Assembly (NCBI GenBank): GCA_964016885.1
Contig: OZ024740.1
Span: 49,042,001-49,106,000, forward strand
DNA from: Eledone cirrhosa
Taxonomy: Eukaryota
Reading direction: 5' to 3'
Length of the DNA: 64,000 bases
Both the position numbers and the translations under genes were made by a program. Each line of letters begins with the position of its first letter. Positions within the stretch are counted from its first letter, which is position 1. The notes beneath the pieces were generated by a model, which saw only the letters and a program-made list of their open reading frames with translations, was not told the DNA's origin and did no database searches. Of this stretch, positions 37,090 through 51,334 are shown piece by piece.

Positions 37090-38491
37090 ATCATCATCAT
37101 CATCATTATCACCGTTTTACGTCCGTTCTTCCACGCTAGCATGGGTTAGACGGGTTGTCCTGTTGTGTGCAGTGTCTGGTCGGCTGACCATGCCTTGCTC
37201 ATACAGGAACTGATCTGGCTTGATTTCTACAGCTGGATGCCCTTCCTAACACCAACCTCATTTACAGTGAGTGCTGGGTGCTTTTTCGTGGCGCCTACAC
37301 GTCCACTTTACAGTGTGGGCTGTGTGCTTTTTTTGCCGTGGCACCTCCACGACCACCTTGCAGTGGGGGGTGTGGGGGCATATTATTTATATGCTTCAGC
37401 ATGTACCCATGGGAGGTCGGGTACTCTGTATTACTGCGTGACGCCAGAAGTCACAGTCGTGTGTCATTGTCTTTGAGAGGTGTAGTTGGGTAAGGTCGGC
37501 TTTTATCACCTCATCCCAGGTCATCTTGGGTCTCCCCACTCCGCGGTTTCCATTAACTTCTAGTGCTCTGCACCTTTTTATGCAGCTGTCATCCTTCATA
37601 CGCATCACATGTCCATACCAGCACAACCGCCTCTCCTGCACACAGCATTTGATTCCTCTTATGCTCAGTCTCTCTCTCAATTCATTTATGCTTTGTCGTT
37701 CACGTATATTACTGTTACACATCCATCGGAGCATGCAGGCTTCGTTTCTCTCTAATCTACGTAAATCTTCCACCTTCAGCGCCCAGGTCTCACTACCATG
37801 CAACATCGCTGTTCGGATACACGCATCATACAGTCTGCCTTTCATTCTGAGGGAGAAGCCTTTTGCAGCTAGCAGTGGTAGTAGTTCCCTGAACTTCTTC
37901 CATCCCGTTCTTACCCTAGTTATTGTACTTTCTGAACACCCACCTCCGTTGCTAATTCGGTCACCTAGGTAGCCGAAGCTGTCTACTGTTTCTACAGGGC
38001 CCTCCCAGAGATTGGTGGTACTTGTTTCCTGTGGCTGTTTGCTGCTTGCTGTTTCAGCACAGCTGCTGCATGTGAATCCTACATTCTTAATTAAGCTTCC
38101 TGAGATCCCGCTACATCTCTTGTGTACCCATTGTTTGCATTTGGGGCAGAGAATGGATTTCCTACATACTGAGCAAGGCCATTTCCCTGAGGGGATCTGG
38201 GTTCTGTTTTCTCGTCTACTTACAAGGACCTTAGTCTTTGTCATGTTGACTTTGAGACCCTTTCTCTCTAGTCCCTGCTTCCAGGTTTGGAATTTATTCT
38301 CTAGTTCTACCATAGATTCAGCTATGAGTGCGAGGTCATCAGCATACAGGAGTTCCCATGGGCATCCGGTCTTAAACTCCTCCGTTATTGCCTGCAGGAC
38401 TATGATGAACAGGAGAGGGCTAAGAACAGAACCCTGGTGGACCCCAACCTGTACGCTAAATTCCTCGCTATACTCATTGCTAATCCTAACT
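37090..38491 (-). mobile_element. RTE family A, 5'-truncated
   Basis: ORF 37396-38313; small in-frame deletion in the Cys-rich region; TA flanks. Confidence 0.93.
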
Positions 38492-38717
38492 GTATATATA
38501 TAAATATATATGTATATATATTATGTATATGTATATAAATATATATGTATATATATATATATGTATATGTATATAAATATATATGTATATATATATATGT
38601 ATATATATGTATATCTATATAAATATATATGTATATGTATATATATATGTATATGTATATAAATATATATATGTATATATATATATATGTATATGTATAT
38701 ATATATATATGTATATG

Positions 38718-38748
<31 letters not shown>

Positions 38749-38761
38749 GTATATATATATA

Positions 38762-39665
38762 TCATCATCATCATCATCATCAACGTTTAACGTCCGTGTT
38801 CCACGCTTGCATGGGTTTGGACGGGGGTTTTCCCACTTGAGGCAACAGTGATTATCTTGCTCGCATAGAACTATCTGGCGGGTTTTCTACAGCTGGATGC
38901 CCTTCCTGACACCAACCACATTTACAGTGTGGGGCTGGGAGGTTTTTACCGTGTTGCCTACACGGCCACATTACAGCGTGGGCTGTCTGGCGGGTTTTCT
39001 ACAGCTGGATGCCCTTCCTAACACCGACCACATTTACAGTGTGGGGCTGGGAGGTTTTCACCGTGTTGCCTACACGGCCACATTACAATGTGAACTGTGT
39101 GTTTTTTTGACGTGACACTACACAATCTCATTTGTTTCGGCCTGGATGTTGTGGCACCAACATAACTTTACATTGAAAGGGGCAGTGTGGATGGGGTGGG
39201 GGTGGTGGGACGGGGGTGTATTTTGTTAGAGATGCCTACTGACTGTAGTAGGTTTTACTTTGTATTTAGGTAAGGCGAGTCTTCTCTATTACTGAGTACC
39301 GCCAAAGGTCTCGGTCCAGTGACATTGTCTTGGTGAGGTGTAAGTGTGTGAGGTCGGAATTTTTCAGCTCGTCCCAGGTTTTTCTGGGTCTGCCTATTCC
39401 GTGGCTACCGTCTATCTTTATTGCCCTGCACTTTGTTATACAGCTATCGTCCTTCATGCGCATCACGCGACCATACCAACGTAGCCTTCTCTCGAGTAAA
39501 CAACATCTGATCCCTCTTATTTTTAATTTTTTCCTTAGTTCGTTTATGCTTTGCCGTTCACGTATATTACTATTACACATCCAGCGGAGCATGCAAGCTT
39601 CGTTTCTCTCTAGTCTGCGTATATCCTCTGCACACAATGCCCAGGTCTCACTGCCATGCAACATT
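38762..39665 (-). mobile_element. RTE family B 3' fragment with an extra ~113-bp duplication in the 3' UTR
   Basis: ORF 39266-39664; ctggcgggttttctacagctggatgcc occurs twice (~38875, ~38987). Confidence 0.92.
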
Positions 39666-39692
39666 ATATATGTATATATATATATATATATA

Positions 39693-42273
39693 TAACTTTG
39701 AATAACTTTGAAATGTTTTGGCCAGTATCGGCCTAGGCCATGTCTAACTTAATAGCACCACCTGGCGAAGTCTTTCAATTCAGGATTTGGGCATCATGGT
39801 CCATTCGAGAAGAGAATTACTGTTTGCGGAGACATATCCGGGTGTGGGTGGTTTGTCCGGGATTACTTGGAGGAATTTGTCCAAAGACTTCTTGAATTTT
39901 GTGTGGTCAGTTTCTGTTTTGACGTGTCCTGGTGTGATGTTGAAGAGAGCAGGGCCAATTGAGATGAAATAATTGTGCCATATTGTTGTTATGAGTTACG
40001 ATTTAGATTTTTGTTTGGGACGGATAGCACGGGGCCCAAGCCTTGGGTGTATTTTGAAGGTGATGCCAACATCATTTGGGCAGTGCCGATGAAACATTTT
40101 CCACATCATATAAGATAATATAACGCTCACGGCGACGTTGGAGTGAGTAAAGTTTCAGCTTTTCTAGTCGACCCCAGTAGTCAAGGTCTGACATGCCATC
40201 TATCTTTTTCGTGATTGCCCTTTGGGGAGCTTCAAGTTTCATGATACTTTGTTTCGTGTGGGGAGACCACAGTGGACAACAGTATTCAAGGTGTGGTCGG
40301 GCAAAAGTGGAGAAGAGAAGGATAATGGTGTGGGAATCTCTCGACTGGAAGGTTCTGAGGATCCAGGAACACATTCTGCGGGCCATGTCAACTTTGCTGC
40401 TTATATGCGTGGCCCAGCTTATGTTGCTGTCCACGGTTACTCCCAAGTCTCTGATGTTGTTAGATGCCATGAGAGTTTCACCGGAGGGAAGGGAGTACGA
40501 GAGTTTCAGAGCATCCTCTTTTCCAAAGTGGATCAGTTCGAATTTGTCTTCGTTCAGTAACATGTTATTCTTTTCCGCCCATTGGGTAACAGCCAGTAGG
40601 TCTGACTGAAGGCTTATCCGGTTATCCACGCCATTGATGACCTTTTGGAGCTTGGAATCATCAGCGAAAATTCTAATGTTGCTGTGTTTGATGATGTCAG
40701 TGATGTCATTAATATAGATGATGAAGAGAAGTGGGCCCAACACACTGCCTTGTGGGACCCCACTACTGACTTTGGCTGGGCTGGATTTGACTCCTTCGAC
40801 TACAACATGTTGGGTTCTGTTTGACAGGAAGCTCTTGATCCACTGTAGCAGCTTTCCAGTGACACCAATATTAGACAGCTTTCTCAGTAGAATGTTGTGA
40901 TCAACCCTGTCAAAGGCCTTGTTGAAATCAAGGTAGATAACATCAGTGTTGGAATCCTCTTCCAAGGCTCTAAAAATGTCATCAAAGTGATGCAGTAGCT
41001 GCGTCAGGCAATCCCTTCCATTACGGAATCCATGCTGGTTGGAGTTCAGCATATTGTTACTCTCAAGGAAGTGAGTCATTCGCGATCTCACCACTCTCTC
41101 AAATACCTTAATGATATGAGAGGTGAGTGAGATTGGACGGTAATTCACGGCAAGGGATTTGTTTCCTTTTTTGAAAACTGGGACAACAGACTGGGATAGA
41201 AGGTTTTCTGGCACATATCCAGCATCCAGTGAGTTCCGCCACAGATTGGCAAGAGGAGATGCAAGTTGGTGTTGACACGCCTTCAAGACACAAGCAGGGA
41301 ACCTATCGGGACCTACTGCTGAATTATGCTTGATTTCCTTTATTGCCGCTAAGACATCAGGGGCGCCAAACGTTATGTCCGATAAGATGTAAAGGTGGAG
41401 TAACATCGCCGATACAGCCCAGATCGGCCATATCAGGATTGCTGAAAACAGAGCAGTATTGTTTCTGCAGTATCTCACCCATGGTTTTAACATTGTCTTG
41501 AAGAGTGCCATTTTCATCAATTAGAGGGTCAACAGTAGAGCCAGTGATTTTGTGTTTTTTTGCAAATGAAAAGAACACTTTGGGATTGAGTTTGATCTTC
41601 TCAATGGCCCAGGCCTCTTCAGCTCTTCTCTGATTGTTGATGATAGACATCATATTGTTTTGGAGGTTATGTTTTTTAATCTCTAGTGATGAAATGGCAG
41701 TCAAGTTGATGTGTTGCTGCTGATAGTATTTCAGCTTGTTGATTTTTTTGTTCTCTTAACTTTCCTGATGAGCGTTTTTCTATTTCTAGGGATTCTGCTC
41801 TTAGATTTGTTTATAGTTCTTAATGGGGTGTGTTTTGCACATATGTTTGTAACAGTGTCCACAAATGTCTGCCAGGACTTTTTGATGTTAGTGGGTGTGT
41901 GAGTGTGCGTGAAGGACCAGCCGACATGTGCAAGATCATGACTGATCGCTTCCCAGTTTACATTGTGGAAATCCATAGCATCAAACGGATGGACAGGAGA
42001 GATGACATTGGGTTTGTATATTGGACGGTGGAATCTCAGATCACAGAGAACCATGTCATGATCAGATAGTAGAGTTTTCTCCACTGCAATATTGTGGATA
42101 GTGTCAGTGTGATTGCTGAAAATTAAGTCTAGGACGTTTTTGTGGCACCTCGTTGGTTCGAGCACCAGTTGGGACAGGAAGAAATCATCCGTGAAGTCAA
42201 GAAGCGATTCCACTGCTTCCCTGTCAGAGGTTGAGGCAGAAGAACCTGGTGGCAGGCTGTTTGTGGACCAGTC
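39693..42273 (-). mobile_element. CR1/L2-clade LINE, 5'-truncated and frameshifted (partial APE plus RT)
   Basis: LDLIF/SDH (APE), YRPISL, QHGFR, VPQGSVLGPLLF, FADD, RPHLEY; TA flanks. Confidence 0.92.
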
Positions 42274-42519
42274 AATATATATATGTATGTATATATATAT
42301 ATATGTATGTATATATATATATACAGATCAGAGCAAACAGCACGGACACTCTATCTCAAAATTATTTTTGAAAAGCATTTAGAAATGCGCAACCGGTAAA
42401 AACTTAAAAACTTAAAACCACAACTGAATACTAACCCATACAATTACTAATACTCTTTTATTCCTAATTAAACCATTTTTCAACTTTGAACAATTTGTCA
42501 GCATTTTCTATTCCGTTTA

Positions 42520-42562
<43 letters not shown>

Positions 42563-42564
<2 letters not shown>

Positions 42565-42886
42565 TCATCATTTCATCATCATTTCATTTTACGTCAGTTT
42601 TTCCCTGCTTGCAAGGGTGGGACGGGAACTGATTCTGGCTTGATTTCTACAGCTGGATGCCCTTCCTAACACCAACCTCATTTACAGTGAGTGCTGGGTG
42701 CTTTTTTGCCGTGACACCTCCACGACCACTTTGCAGTGGAATGATAGGGACATTTCTACAGCTGAGTAAACTGGAGCAATGTGAAATAAAGTCTCTTGCT
42801 CAAGGAAACAACACATCACTTGGTCTGAGAATTGAACTCACAACCTTTCGATTGCAAGGCCAATGCTCTAACCATTAAGCCATGTG

Positions 42887-42888
<2 letters not shown>
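42563..42888 (-). mobile_element. Full composite tRNA-SINE with an RTE-derived 3' half
   Basis: Head GGCACATGGCTTAATGGTTAGAGC...GTTCAATTC; GGTGTTAGGAAGGGCATCC domain; RTE family C tail; TA flanks. Confidence 0.88.
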
Positions 42889-42958
<70 letters not shown>

Positions 42959-43020
42959 TGTATGTATGTATGTATATATATATATATATGTATGTATATA
43001 TATATATATATATATGTATG

Positions 43021-43055
<35 letters not shown>

Positions 43056-43063
43056 GTATATAT

Positions 43064-46000
43064 ATCATCATCATCATCATCATCAACGTTTAACGTCCGT
43101 GTTCCACGCTTGCATGGGTTTGGACGGGGGTAGTCCCACTTGAGGCAAGAGTGATTGTCTTGCTCGCATAGGACTGTTGGATGCCCTTCCTAACACCAAC
43201 CACATTTACAGTGTGGGTCTGGGAGGTTTTTACCGTGTTGCCTACACGGCCACATTACAGCGTGGACTGTGTGTTTTTTTGTCGTGACACCTACACGATC
43301 TCATTTGTTTCGGCCTCGATGGCGCGGCACCAACATAACTTTACATAGAACGGGGTGGTGTGGATGGGGTGGGGGTGGTGGGACGGGGTGTATTTTGTTA
43401 GAGATGCCTACTGGCTGGAGTAGGTTTTACTATATATTTAGGTAAGGCGGGTCTTCTCTGTTACTGAGTACCGCCAAAGGTCTCGGTCCAGTGACATTGT
43501 CTTGGAGAGGTGTAAGTGTGTGATGTCGGAGTTTATCAGCTCGTCCCAGGTTTTTCTAGGTCTGCCTATTCCGTGACTACCGTCTATCTTTATTGCCCTG
43601 CACTTTGTTATACAGCTATCGACTTTCATGCGCATCACGTGTCCATACCAACGTAGCCTTCTCTCGAGTAAACAACATCTGATCCCTCTTATCTCTAATT
43701 TTTTCCTTAGTTCGTTTATGCTTTGCCGTTCACGTATATTACTGTTACACATCCAGCGGAGCAAGCAAGCTTCGTTCCTCTCTAGTCTGCGTATATCCTC
43801 TGCACACAATGCCCAGGTCTCACTGCCATGCAGCATTGCTGTTCGTATGCAGGCATCGTACAACCTGCCTTTCATTTTTAGTGAGAACCCTTTAGCAGCT
43901 AATAGTGGTATAAGCTCTCTGAACTTTTTCCAACCAGTTCTGACTCTAGCTACAGTACTTTCAGAGCACCCTCCCCCACTGCTGATTTTATCGCCCAGGT
44001 AACGGAAGCTGTCCACTATTTCTATAGAACCCTCTGCGCAATTGAAAGAGCTAGTAGTTTGTGGGCACTTGCTGCTACTTATTGCACCAGAGCACCGGCC
44101 ACATGTAAAATCTATGTTCTTAGTTAGCTTACCTGTGATCCCACTACATCTTTTATGCACCCATACTTTGCATTTAGGACATAAAATGGAGTTTCTACCT
44201 ACGCCTTTCCTACACACCGAGCACGACCATTTCCCAGAAGGGACCGCCGCCTTGTTTTCTTTCCTACAAACTAGTACTTTGGTCTTAGCCAGGTTAATTT
44301 TAAGTCCTTTTGACTCTAGGCCGTGCTTCCATGTTTGGAATTTCTTCTCTAGCTCGGCCATTGATTCCGCTATGAGTGTCAGGTCGTCTGCGTATAGGAG
44401 TTCCCATGGGCAGCCTGTCTTGAACTCCTCTGTTATAGCCTGAAGGGCAATAATAAATAGTAGTGGGCTGAGAACAGAGCCCTGATGGACGCCAACTTTT
44501 ACGCTAAACTCTTCACTATATTCGTTGTTAATTCTAACCTTGCTGACTGTTTCTTTATACATGGCTTGTATAGCCCTCACAAGCCATTCGTCAACGCCTA
44601 GTTTTCTAAGAGCCCACCAGATAATGGAGCGGGGGACTCTGTCGAAGGCTTTCTCCAAGTCGACAAAAGCTAAGTAGAGGGGTTTACCTTTAGCTAGGTA
44701 CTTCTCCTGTAGTTGTCGTACTATGAAAAGAGCGTCTGTGGTACTTTTGCCTGACACAAACCTGAACTGCATTTCATCTAGGTCAATTCTCTCTCTGATT
44801 AGTTGCGCTATTACTTTTTCCGTGACCTTCATGACCTGGTCGATTAATTTAATGCCTCTATAGTTACTCCTATCTAGGGCGTCTCCTTTACCCTTATAAC
44901 AGTTAACGATGATGCTGCTATGCCAGTCCTTCGGAACAACCCCATTCTGTACGACTTGGTTAACTATGCGGGTGACCATGGTGTGTCCCACCGTGCCAGA
45001 TGCCTTCAGCATCTCAGCAACTATTTCCGAAGGCCCAGCCGCCTTACCCGTCTTCATATCCTTGATTGCCTTACTTATTATACTCCCCTCGACTAACACT
45101 GCTGGTCCCTCTATTGGGTCGATATGGGGGAGACTGCCTTTCTCCCAATTATTCTCCTCATTTAGTAGCCTTTCATAGTGACACTTCCAAGCTACCTTCT
45201 TATCAGCGTCGGTGATGGCAAGTGTGCCATCGTCGTTTAGTACACACTTCTCCCCGACAATATCACGGTTTTCCTTGACGCATTGCCTAGCAATCCTGAA
45301 CACCTCACGTTTTTGGTCATCGCGTTGTAGAACATGCTTGAACTTTCTTTCCTCAGCTTCCCTTCTTGCTAAGTACACTTGTCTCCTAGCTTCCCTCCTG
45401 GACACTTGATAGTCCTCTCTATTTCCCCCATCCCGCCATACTTTCCAAGCCTGCTTTTTGGCCTTAATTGACCCCTCCACCTTACTGTTCCACCACCATG
45501 TTACTCTCCTCCTGCCTACAGGCCTGCTCCAGCCACAGACTTCGTCTGTCGCCAACAGCAGGTTTGCTTTCAGAAATTCCCACTCTCCTTCTATATTGTC
45601 CGACTCTAAATGTTCTTCCTTACTGTCGAAAGCATCAAGTAATATGCTTTGAAATTTATTCCTGGCTGTGGGGTCCTTTAGCTTCCATATTTTCCTCCTG
45701 AGGATAGTCCTCTTCTGTTGTCGAGTACGTCTCGTCCTGACTATGAGGTCGCTAATTATCAGTCTATGTTGGGAGGTGCATTCTTCATGGGGGAGGGATT
45801 TAGTGTTTACAACAGACACTCTGTCACGTCTTCTGGTAAGGATATAATCTACCTGGCTTGTGTGTTCCCCGGATCTATAGGTGATCAGGTGATTGTCACG
45901 TTTTTTGAAGTTAGTGTTACAGATAGTTAGGTTATTTGCATCACAGAATTCCAGGATTCTGGAGCCTTCCTCATTTCTAGTACCAAACCCATAGCCTCCA

Positions 46001-47136
46001 TGAATTTCGTCGTAGCCGTCACAATGTTGTCCAACGTGACCATTTAGGTCGCCTGCGATAATTATATAGTCACTGTCGGATATTTGGGAGGTAGTTAGCA
46101 TCAGTGTCTCATAGAATCTGTTTTTTATAGTGCCGGGCAGTCCGGATTGGGGTGCGTACGCAGATATTACTGTCACCGTAGTTCTATTGAGGACAAGTCG
46201 TATTTTAATTATTCTGTCGTTCACTCTATTTACGTCTATTATCTTATCTGCCCACTTTTCTGCTACCATGATTCCTACTCCACCCAGCCCATCGTCGTTT
46301 CCCACCCAGAAAAGCTTATAACATCGTTTTTTACCCTCAATGAACCTAGCAGACCCACCCCTCCACCTGGTCTCTTGAATACAACAAACATCGACCTCCT
46401 TACGTTCAAGCATTTCTACAACCTCGTTAGCGCGACCCTTTAGGGTGCCTACATTTATGGTACCAACTCTGAAGTTTTGGATTGCGTTTGGGGGTTGGGG
46501 GCGGTGGGGGGCGGGGGGCGATGGGGTTATGTTAGCCGTCCGCGGTCGAAACAATGAGGAGTGCTCGCATTCTCGTCTAAGAGGTGAATTTGTCTTTATC
46601 TTTGGCATTGTCGCTGAGCGTCCAGATTTTTCTCTCTCTCACCTCCACTCTCCAGGATTCCGCAGTCCATCCATCCATCATATATCGAAAGGCAACCAGG
46701 CAAGCGATAGTATAGGCCTCTGGTTTCTGATTGGTCCGCGTAATAATAATACTGGTGATGCGTGGGGGCTCTGTTTTATGATTGGTCCACGTAATAGCAA
46801 TGGTGGTGCGTGGGGGTGGGAGGGAGGGGTGTTGGGTAGCTAGCAAGAAGGTAATGATTGAATGGGGTCCTTGCATTTAACAAGCGATTAACAAAAATAC
46901 AAAATTTGTTCTGTTAAATACGCCCAAAAACTTTCGTATTTAACAATTAATAGAAACAGAAAATGTAGTTTGTTTTAGCGATAGATTGGCTATTTGGACT
47001 TGATACGAAATATGGATTGTTTTGAAAATACGTTAGAATTAAGATTTGTGGAGGGAGAGAAATGAAATCCGTACATTACGTTACATGAATATCGTGGGTA
47101 GACAGCAAGCAATGAAATTTGGCGAAGTGAATTCCT

Positions 47137-47140
<4 letters not shown>
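43064..47140 (-). mobile_element. RTE family B LINE, full-length (5' boundary approximate)
   Basis: Intact ORF; 5' region similar to 56300-56670; (GAT)n tail; TA flanks on both sides. Confidence 0.9.
43438..46608 (-). CDS. Uninterrupted 1056-aa APE endonuclease / reverse transcriptase with an internal PHD-like finger
   Basis: Same motifs as family C; QFGF is changed to QFRF in this copy. Confidence 0.95.
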   Translation of the reverse strand: MPKIKTNSPLRRECEHSSLFRPRTANITPSPPAPHRPQPPNAIQNFRVGTINVGTLKGRANEVVEMLERKEVDVCCIQETRWRGGSARFIEGKKRCYKLFWVGNDDGLGGVGIMVAEKWADKIIDVNRVNDRIIKIRLVLNRTTVTVISAYAPQSGLPGTIKNRFYETLMLTTSQISDSDYIIIAGDLNGHVGQHCDGYDEIHGGYGFGTRNEEGSRILEFCDANNLTICNTNFKKRDNHLITYRSGEHTSQVDYILTRRRDRVSVVNTKSLPHEECTSQHRLIISDLIVRTRRTRQQKRTILRRKIWKLKDPTARNKFQSILLDAFDSKEEHLESDNIEGEWEFLKANLLLATDEVCGWSRPVGRRRVTWWWNSKVEGSIKAKKQAWKVWRDGGNREDYQVSRREARRQVYLARREAEERKFKHVLQRDDQKREVFRIARQCVKENRDIVGEKCVLNDDGTLAITDADKKVAWKCHYERLLNEENNWEKGSLPHIDPIEGPAVLVEGSIISKAIKDMKTGKAAGPSEIVAEMLKASGTVGHTMVTRIVNQVVQNGVVPKDWHSSIIVNCYKGKGDALDRSNYRGIKLIDQVMKVTEKVIAQLIRERIDLDEMQFRFVSGKSTTDALFIVRQLQEKYLAKGKPLYLAFVDLEKAFDRVPRSIIWWALRKLGVDEWLVRAIQAMYKETVSKVRINNEYSEEFSVKVGVHQGSVLSPLLFIIALQAITEEFKTGCPWELLYADDLTLIAESMAELEKKFQTWKHGLESKGLKINLAKTKVLVCRKENKAAVPSGKWSCSVCRKGVGRNSILCPKCKVWVHKRCSGITGKLTKNIDFTCGRCSGAISSSKCPQTTSSFNCAEGSIEIVDSFRYLGDKISSGGGCSESTVARVRTGWKKFRELIPLLAAKGFSLKMKGRLYDACIRTAMLHGSETWALCAEDIRRLERNEACLLRWMCNSNIRERQSINELRKKLEIRGIRCCLLERRLRWYGHVMRMKVDSCITKCRAIKIDGSHGIGRPRKTWDELINSDITHLHLSKTMSLDRDLWRYSVTEKTRLT

Positions 47141-47781
<641 letters not shown>

Positions 47782-50700
47782 ATCATCATCATCATCACCG
47801 TTTTACGTCCGTTCTTCCACGCTAGCATGGGTTAGACGGGTTGTCCTGTTGTGGGCAGTGTCTGGTCGGCTGACCATGCCTTGCTCATACAGGAACTGAT
47901 CTGGCTTGATTTCTATAGCTGGATGCCCTTCCTAACACCAACCTCATTTACAGTGAGTGCTGGGTGCTTTTTTGTGGCGCCTACACGTCCACTTTACAGT
48001 GTGGGCTGGGTGCTTTTTTTGCCGTGGCACCTCCACGACCACCTTGCGGTGGGGGGTGTGGGGGCATATTGTCTATATGCTTCAGCTTGTACCCATGGGA
48101 GGTCGGGTACTCTGTATTACTGCGTGACGCCAGAGGTCACGGTCGTGTGTCATTGCCTTTGAGAGGTGTAATTGGGTAAGGTCGGCTTTTATCACCTCAT
48201 CCCAAGTCATCTTGGGTCTCCCCACTCCGCGGTTTCCACCAACTTCTAGTGCTCTGCACCTTTTTATGCAGCTGTCATCCTTCATACGCATCACATGTCC
48301 ATACCAGCGCAATCGCCTCTCCTGCACACAGCATTTGATTCCTCTTATGCTCAGTCTCTCTCTCAATTCATTTATGCTTTGTCGTTCACGTATATTACTG
48401 TTACACATCCATTGGAGCATGCAGGCTTCGTTTCTCTCTAATCTACGTAAGTCTTCCACCTTCAGCGCCCAGGTCTCACTACCATGCAACATCGCTGTTC
48501 AGATACACGCATCGTACAGTCTGCCTTTCATTCTGAGGGAGAAGCCTTTTGCAGCTAGCAGTGGTAGTAGCTCCCTGAACTTCTTCCATCCCGTTCTTAC
48601 CCTAGTTATTGTACTTTCTGAACATCCACCTCCGCTGCTAATTCAGCCACCTAGGTAGCCGAAGCTGTCTACTGTTTCTACAGAGCCCTCCCAGAGATTG
48701 GTGGTACTTGTTTCCTGTGGCTGTTTGCTGCTTGCTGTCCCAGCACAGCTGCTGCATGTGAAGCCTACATTCTTAATTAAGCTTCCTGAGATCCCGCTAC
48801 ATCTCTTGTGTACCCATTGTTTGCATTTGGGGCAGAGAATGGAGTTCCTACCTACACCTTTCCTACATACTGAGCAAGGCCATTTCCCTGAGGGGATCTG
48901 GGTTCTGTTTTCTCGTCTACTTACAAGAACCTTAGTCTTTGTCATGTTGACTTTGAGACCCTTTCTTTCTAGTCCCTGCTTCCAAGTTTGGAATTTATTC
49001 TCTAGTTCTACCATAGATTCAGCTATGAGTGCGAGGTCATCAGCATACAGGAGTTCCCATGGGCATCCGGTCTTAAACTCCTCCGTTATTGCCTGCAGGA
49101 CTATGATGAACAGGAGGGGGCTAAGAACAGAGCCCTGGTGGACCCCAACCTGTACGCTAAATTCCTGGCTATACTCATTGCTAATCCTAACTTTGCTGAC
49201 TGCTCCCCTATACATGGCTTGTACCGCTTTCACAAGCCATTCATCTACTCCTAGTTTTCTAAGAGCCCACCAGATTACAGCACGTGGAACTCTGAGAAAG
49301 GCTTTCTCAAGGTCGACAAATGCCAAGTAGAGTGGCTTACTTTTAACTAGGTACTTTTCCTGTAACTGCCTCACAAGGAAGAGGGCATCAGTGGTGCCTC
49401 TTCCTGGTACAAACCCAAATTGCATCTCGTCTATTTTCACCCGGTCCCTAATCAACTGTGCTATAACTCTTTCTGTTACTTTCATTACCTGGTCCATCAA
49501 CTTCATACCCCTATAGTTTCCTCTATCTAGTGCATTGCCTTTACCTTTGTAGCAGTTGACAATGATGCTACTGCACCAATCTTTTGGTATGACACCTAGT
49601 ATTACCTGGTTAACAATACGTGTGGTTATAGTGTGACCTACAGACCCAGATGCCTTCAGCATCTCGGCAGCTATACCCGATGGACCGGTTGCCTTCCCCA
49701 TCTTCATATCTTTGATTGCCTTACTTACTATGTTGCTGCTGACTTGTACTGCTAGCCCCTCTATAGGGTCTACTTGGGGTAGGGTCTCTTCTTCCCATGC
49801 ATTCTCCTCATTTAGTAATCTATCATAATGACTCTTCCATGCATCTTTCTTCTCAGCACTTTGAGGGCAAGCTCACCTTTATCATTCCGGATACACTTCT
49901 CTCCAATGACATCACAATTCTCTCTGACACACTGCCTCGCAATCATGAACACCTCCTGTTTCTGGTCCTCACGTTGCAAAACATGCTTGAATTTTCTATC
50001 CTCTGCTTCCCTCCTAGCTAAGTATACTTGTCGCCTAGCTTCCCTCTTGGTCTCTATGTAATGTACCCTGCTCCCCACGTTCTTCCATTCTTTCCATGCC
50101 TGTCTCTTGGCCTTAACTGCTTCATCTACCTTATTGTTCCACCACCAAGTCACCCTCCAGCTTGAGGTCTTACTCCAGCCACAGACCTCATCCGTCGCCT
50201 CTAGTAAATTATTTTTTAGGAACTCCCAGTTCTCTTCTACATTAAATGTCTCTATCTGTTCTTCTTTACTGTCGTAGGCGTTGAGTAAAATATCTTTAAA
50301 TCTGTTACTGGTTGAGGGGACTTTCAGCTTCCAGATCTTTCTTCTCCAGGTTGGCCTCTGTTTCCAGGTTCGTCTAGTTCTGACCGTGAGGTCGCTGACA
50401 ACTAAGCTATGTTGGGACGTACATTCCTCACTAGGGAAGGCTTTTGTGTTTACGACCGTCCATCTGTCACGTCCTCTGATGAGGATAAAATCTATCTGAC
50501 TGGAGTGCTCCCCTGATCTATAAGTGATCAGGTGGTTGTCGGGTTTTTTGAAGTTTGTGTTACATATCGACATGTCATTGGTGTCGCAGAATTCTAGAAG
50601 TCTGAATCCTTCCTCATTTCTTGTGCCAACCCCCATGGCCTCCATGTACTCTATTGAAGCCGTCGCAGTGTTTACCTACGTGTCCGTTAAAATCTCCTAG

Positions 50701-51293
50701 GAAGTCATTGTCGTCTGTTAGAGCAGTAGTGTGTATTAGGGACTCGTAAAACCTATCCTTAAGTTCGTCTGGCAGCCCCGATTGGGGTGCGTAAGCTGAT
50801 ATTATTGTGGTAATTGTTTTATTCAGGACTAGTCTGAGTTTAATGATTCTTGCATTTACCCTGTACACTGAGGTTACTTTATCTACCCACTTGTCAGCTA
50901 GTAGTATACCTACACCACCCATCCCATCGTCATTTCCCACCCAGAAAAATTTGTAGCACCGACTTTTTCCTACCAGGACTCTGGCAGACTCTCCTCTCCA
51001 TCTAGTCTCTTGCACACAGTATACATCAATTTCCTTTTGCTCTAGCATTTCTACGATTTCTCCTGCTCTTCCTTTCATTGAGCCTACATTGATGGTACCA
51101 ACTTGGAGTTTTGGGCATTTTTCGACACTCGTAGGGAAGGGTCTCTGGGTTGGCGCTTCACATGGGTGCTTGGTAGCTCGCAGATTCATATTTCATCTAT
51201 TGATTCAGAGTTGCTCAAATTTATTCTCAGCTCATCCATCCATAACGGTGGGAAAAATTGAGGGCTAGAAGAACAGTGGTGGTGGGATAATGG

Positions 51294-51295
<2 letters not shown>
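47782..51295 (-). mobile_element. RTE family A, near full-length pseudogene (several stops and frameshifts)
   Basis: ORF pieces 50614-51189, 49812-50645, 48643-49707 and 48082-48492 tile APE, RT and the C-terminus. Confidence 0.93.

Positions 51296-51331
<36 letters not shown>

Positions 51332-51334
<3 letters not shown>

Noticed and set aside
38336-38345. CTGATGA matches inside LINE RT genes
   Set aside because: They are the ADD codons of the YADD/FADD motif, with no hammerhead stems
42830-42888. tRNA-like A/B boxes (also ~11000-11070 and ~24090-24170)
   Set aside because: These are SINE heads fused to repeat bodies; no complete cloverleaf
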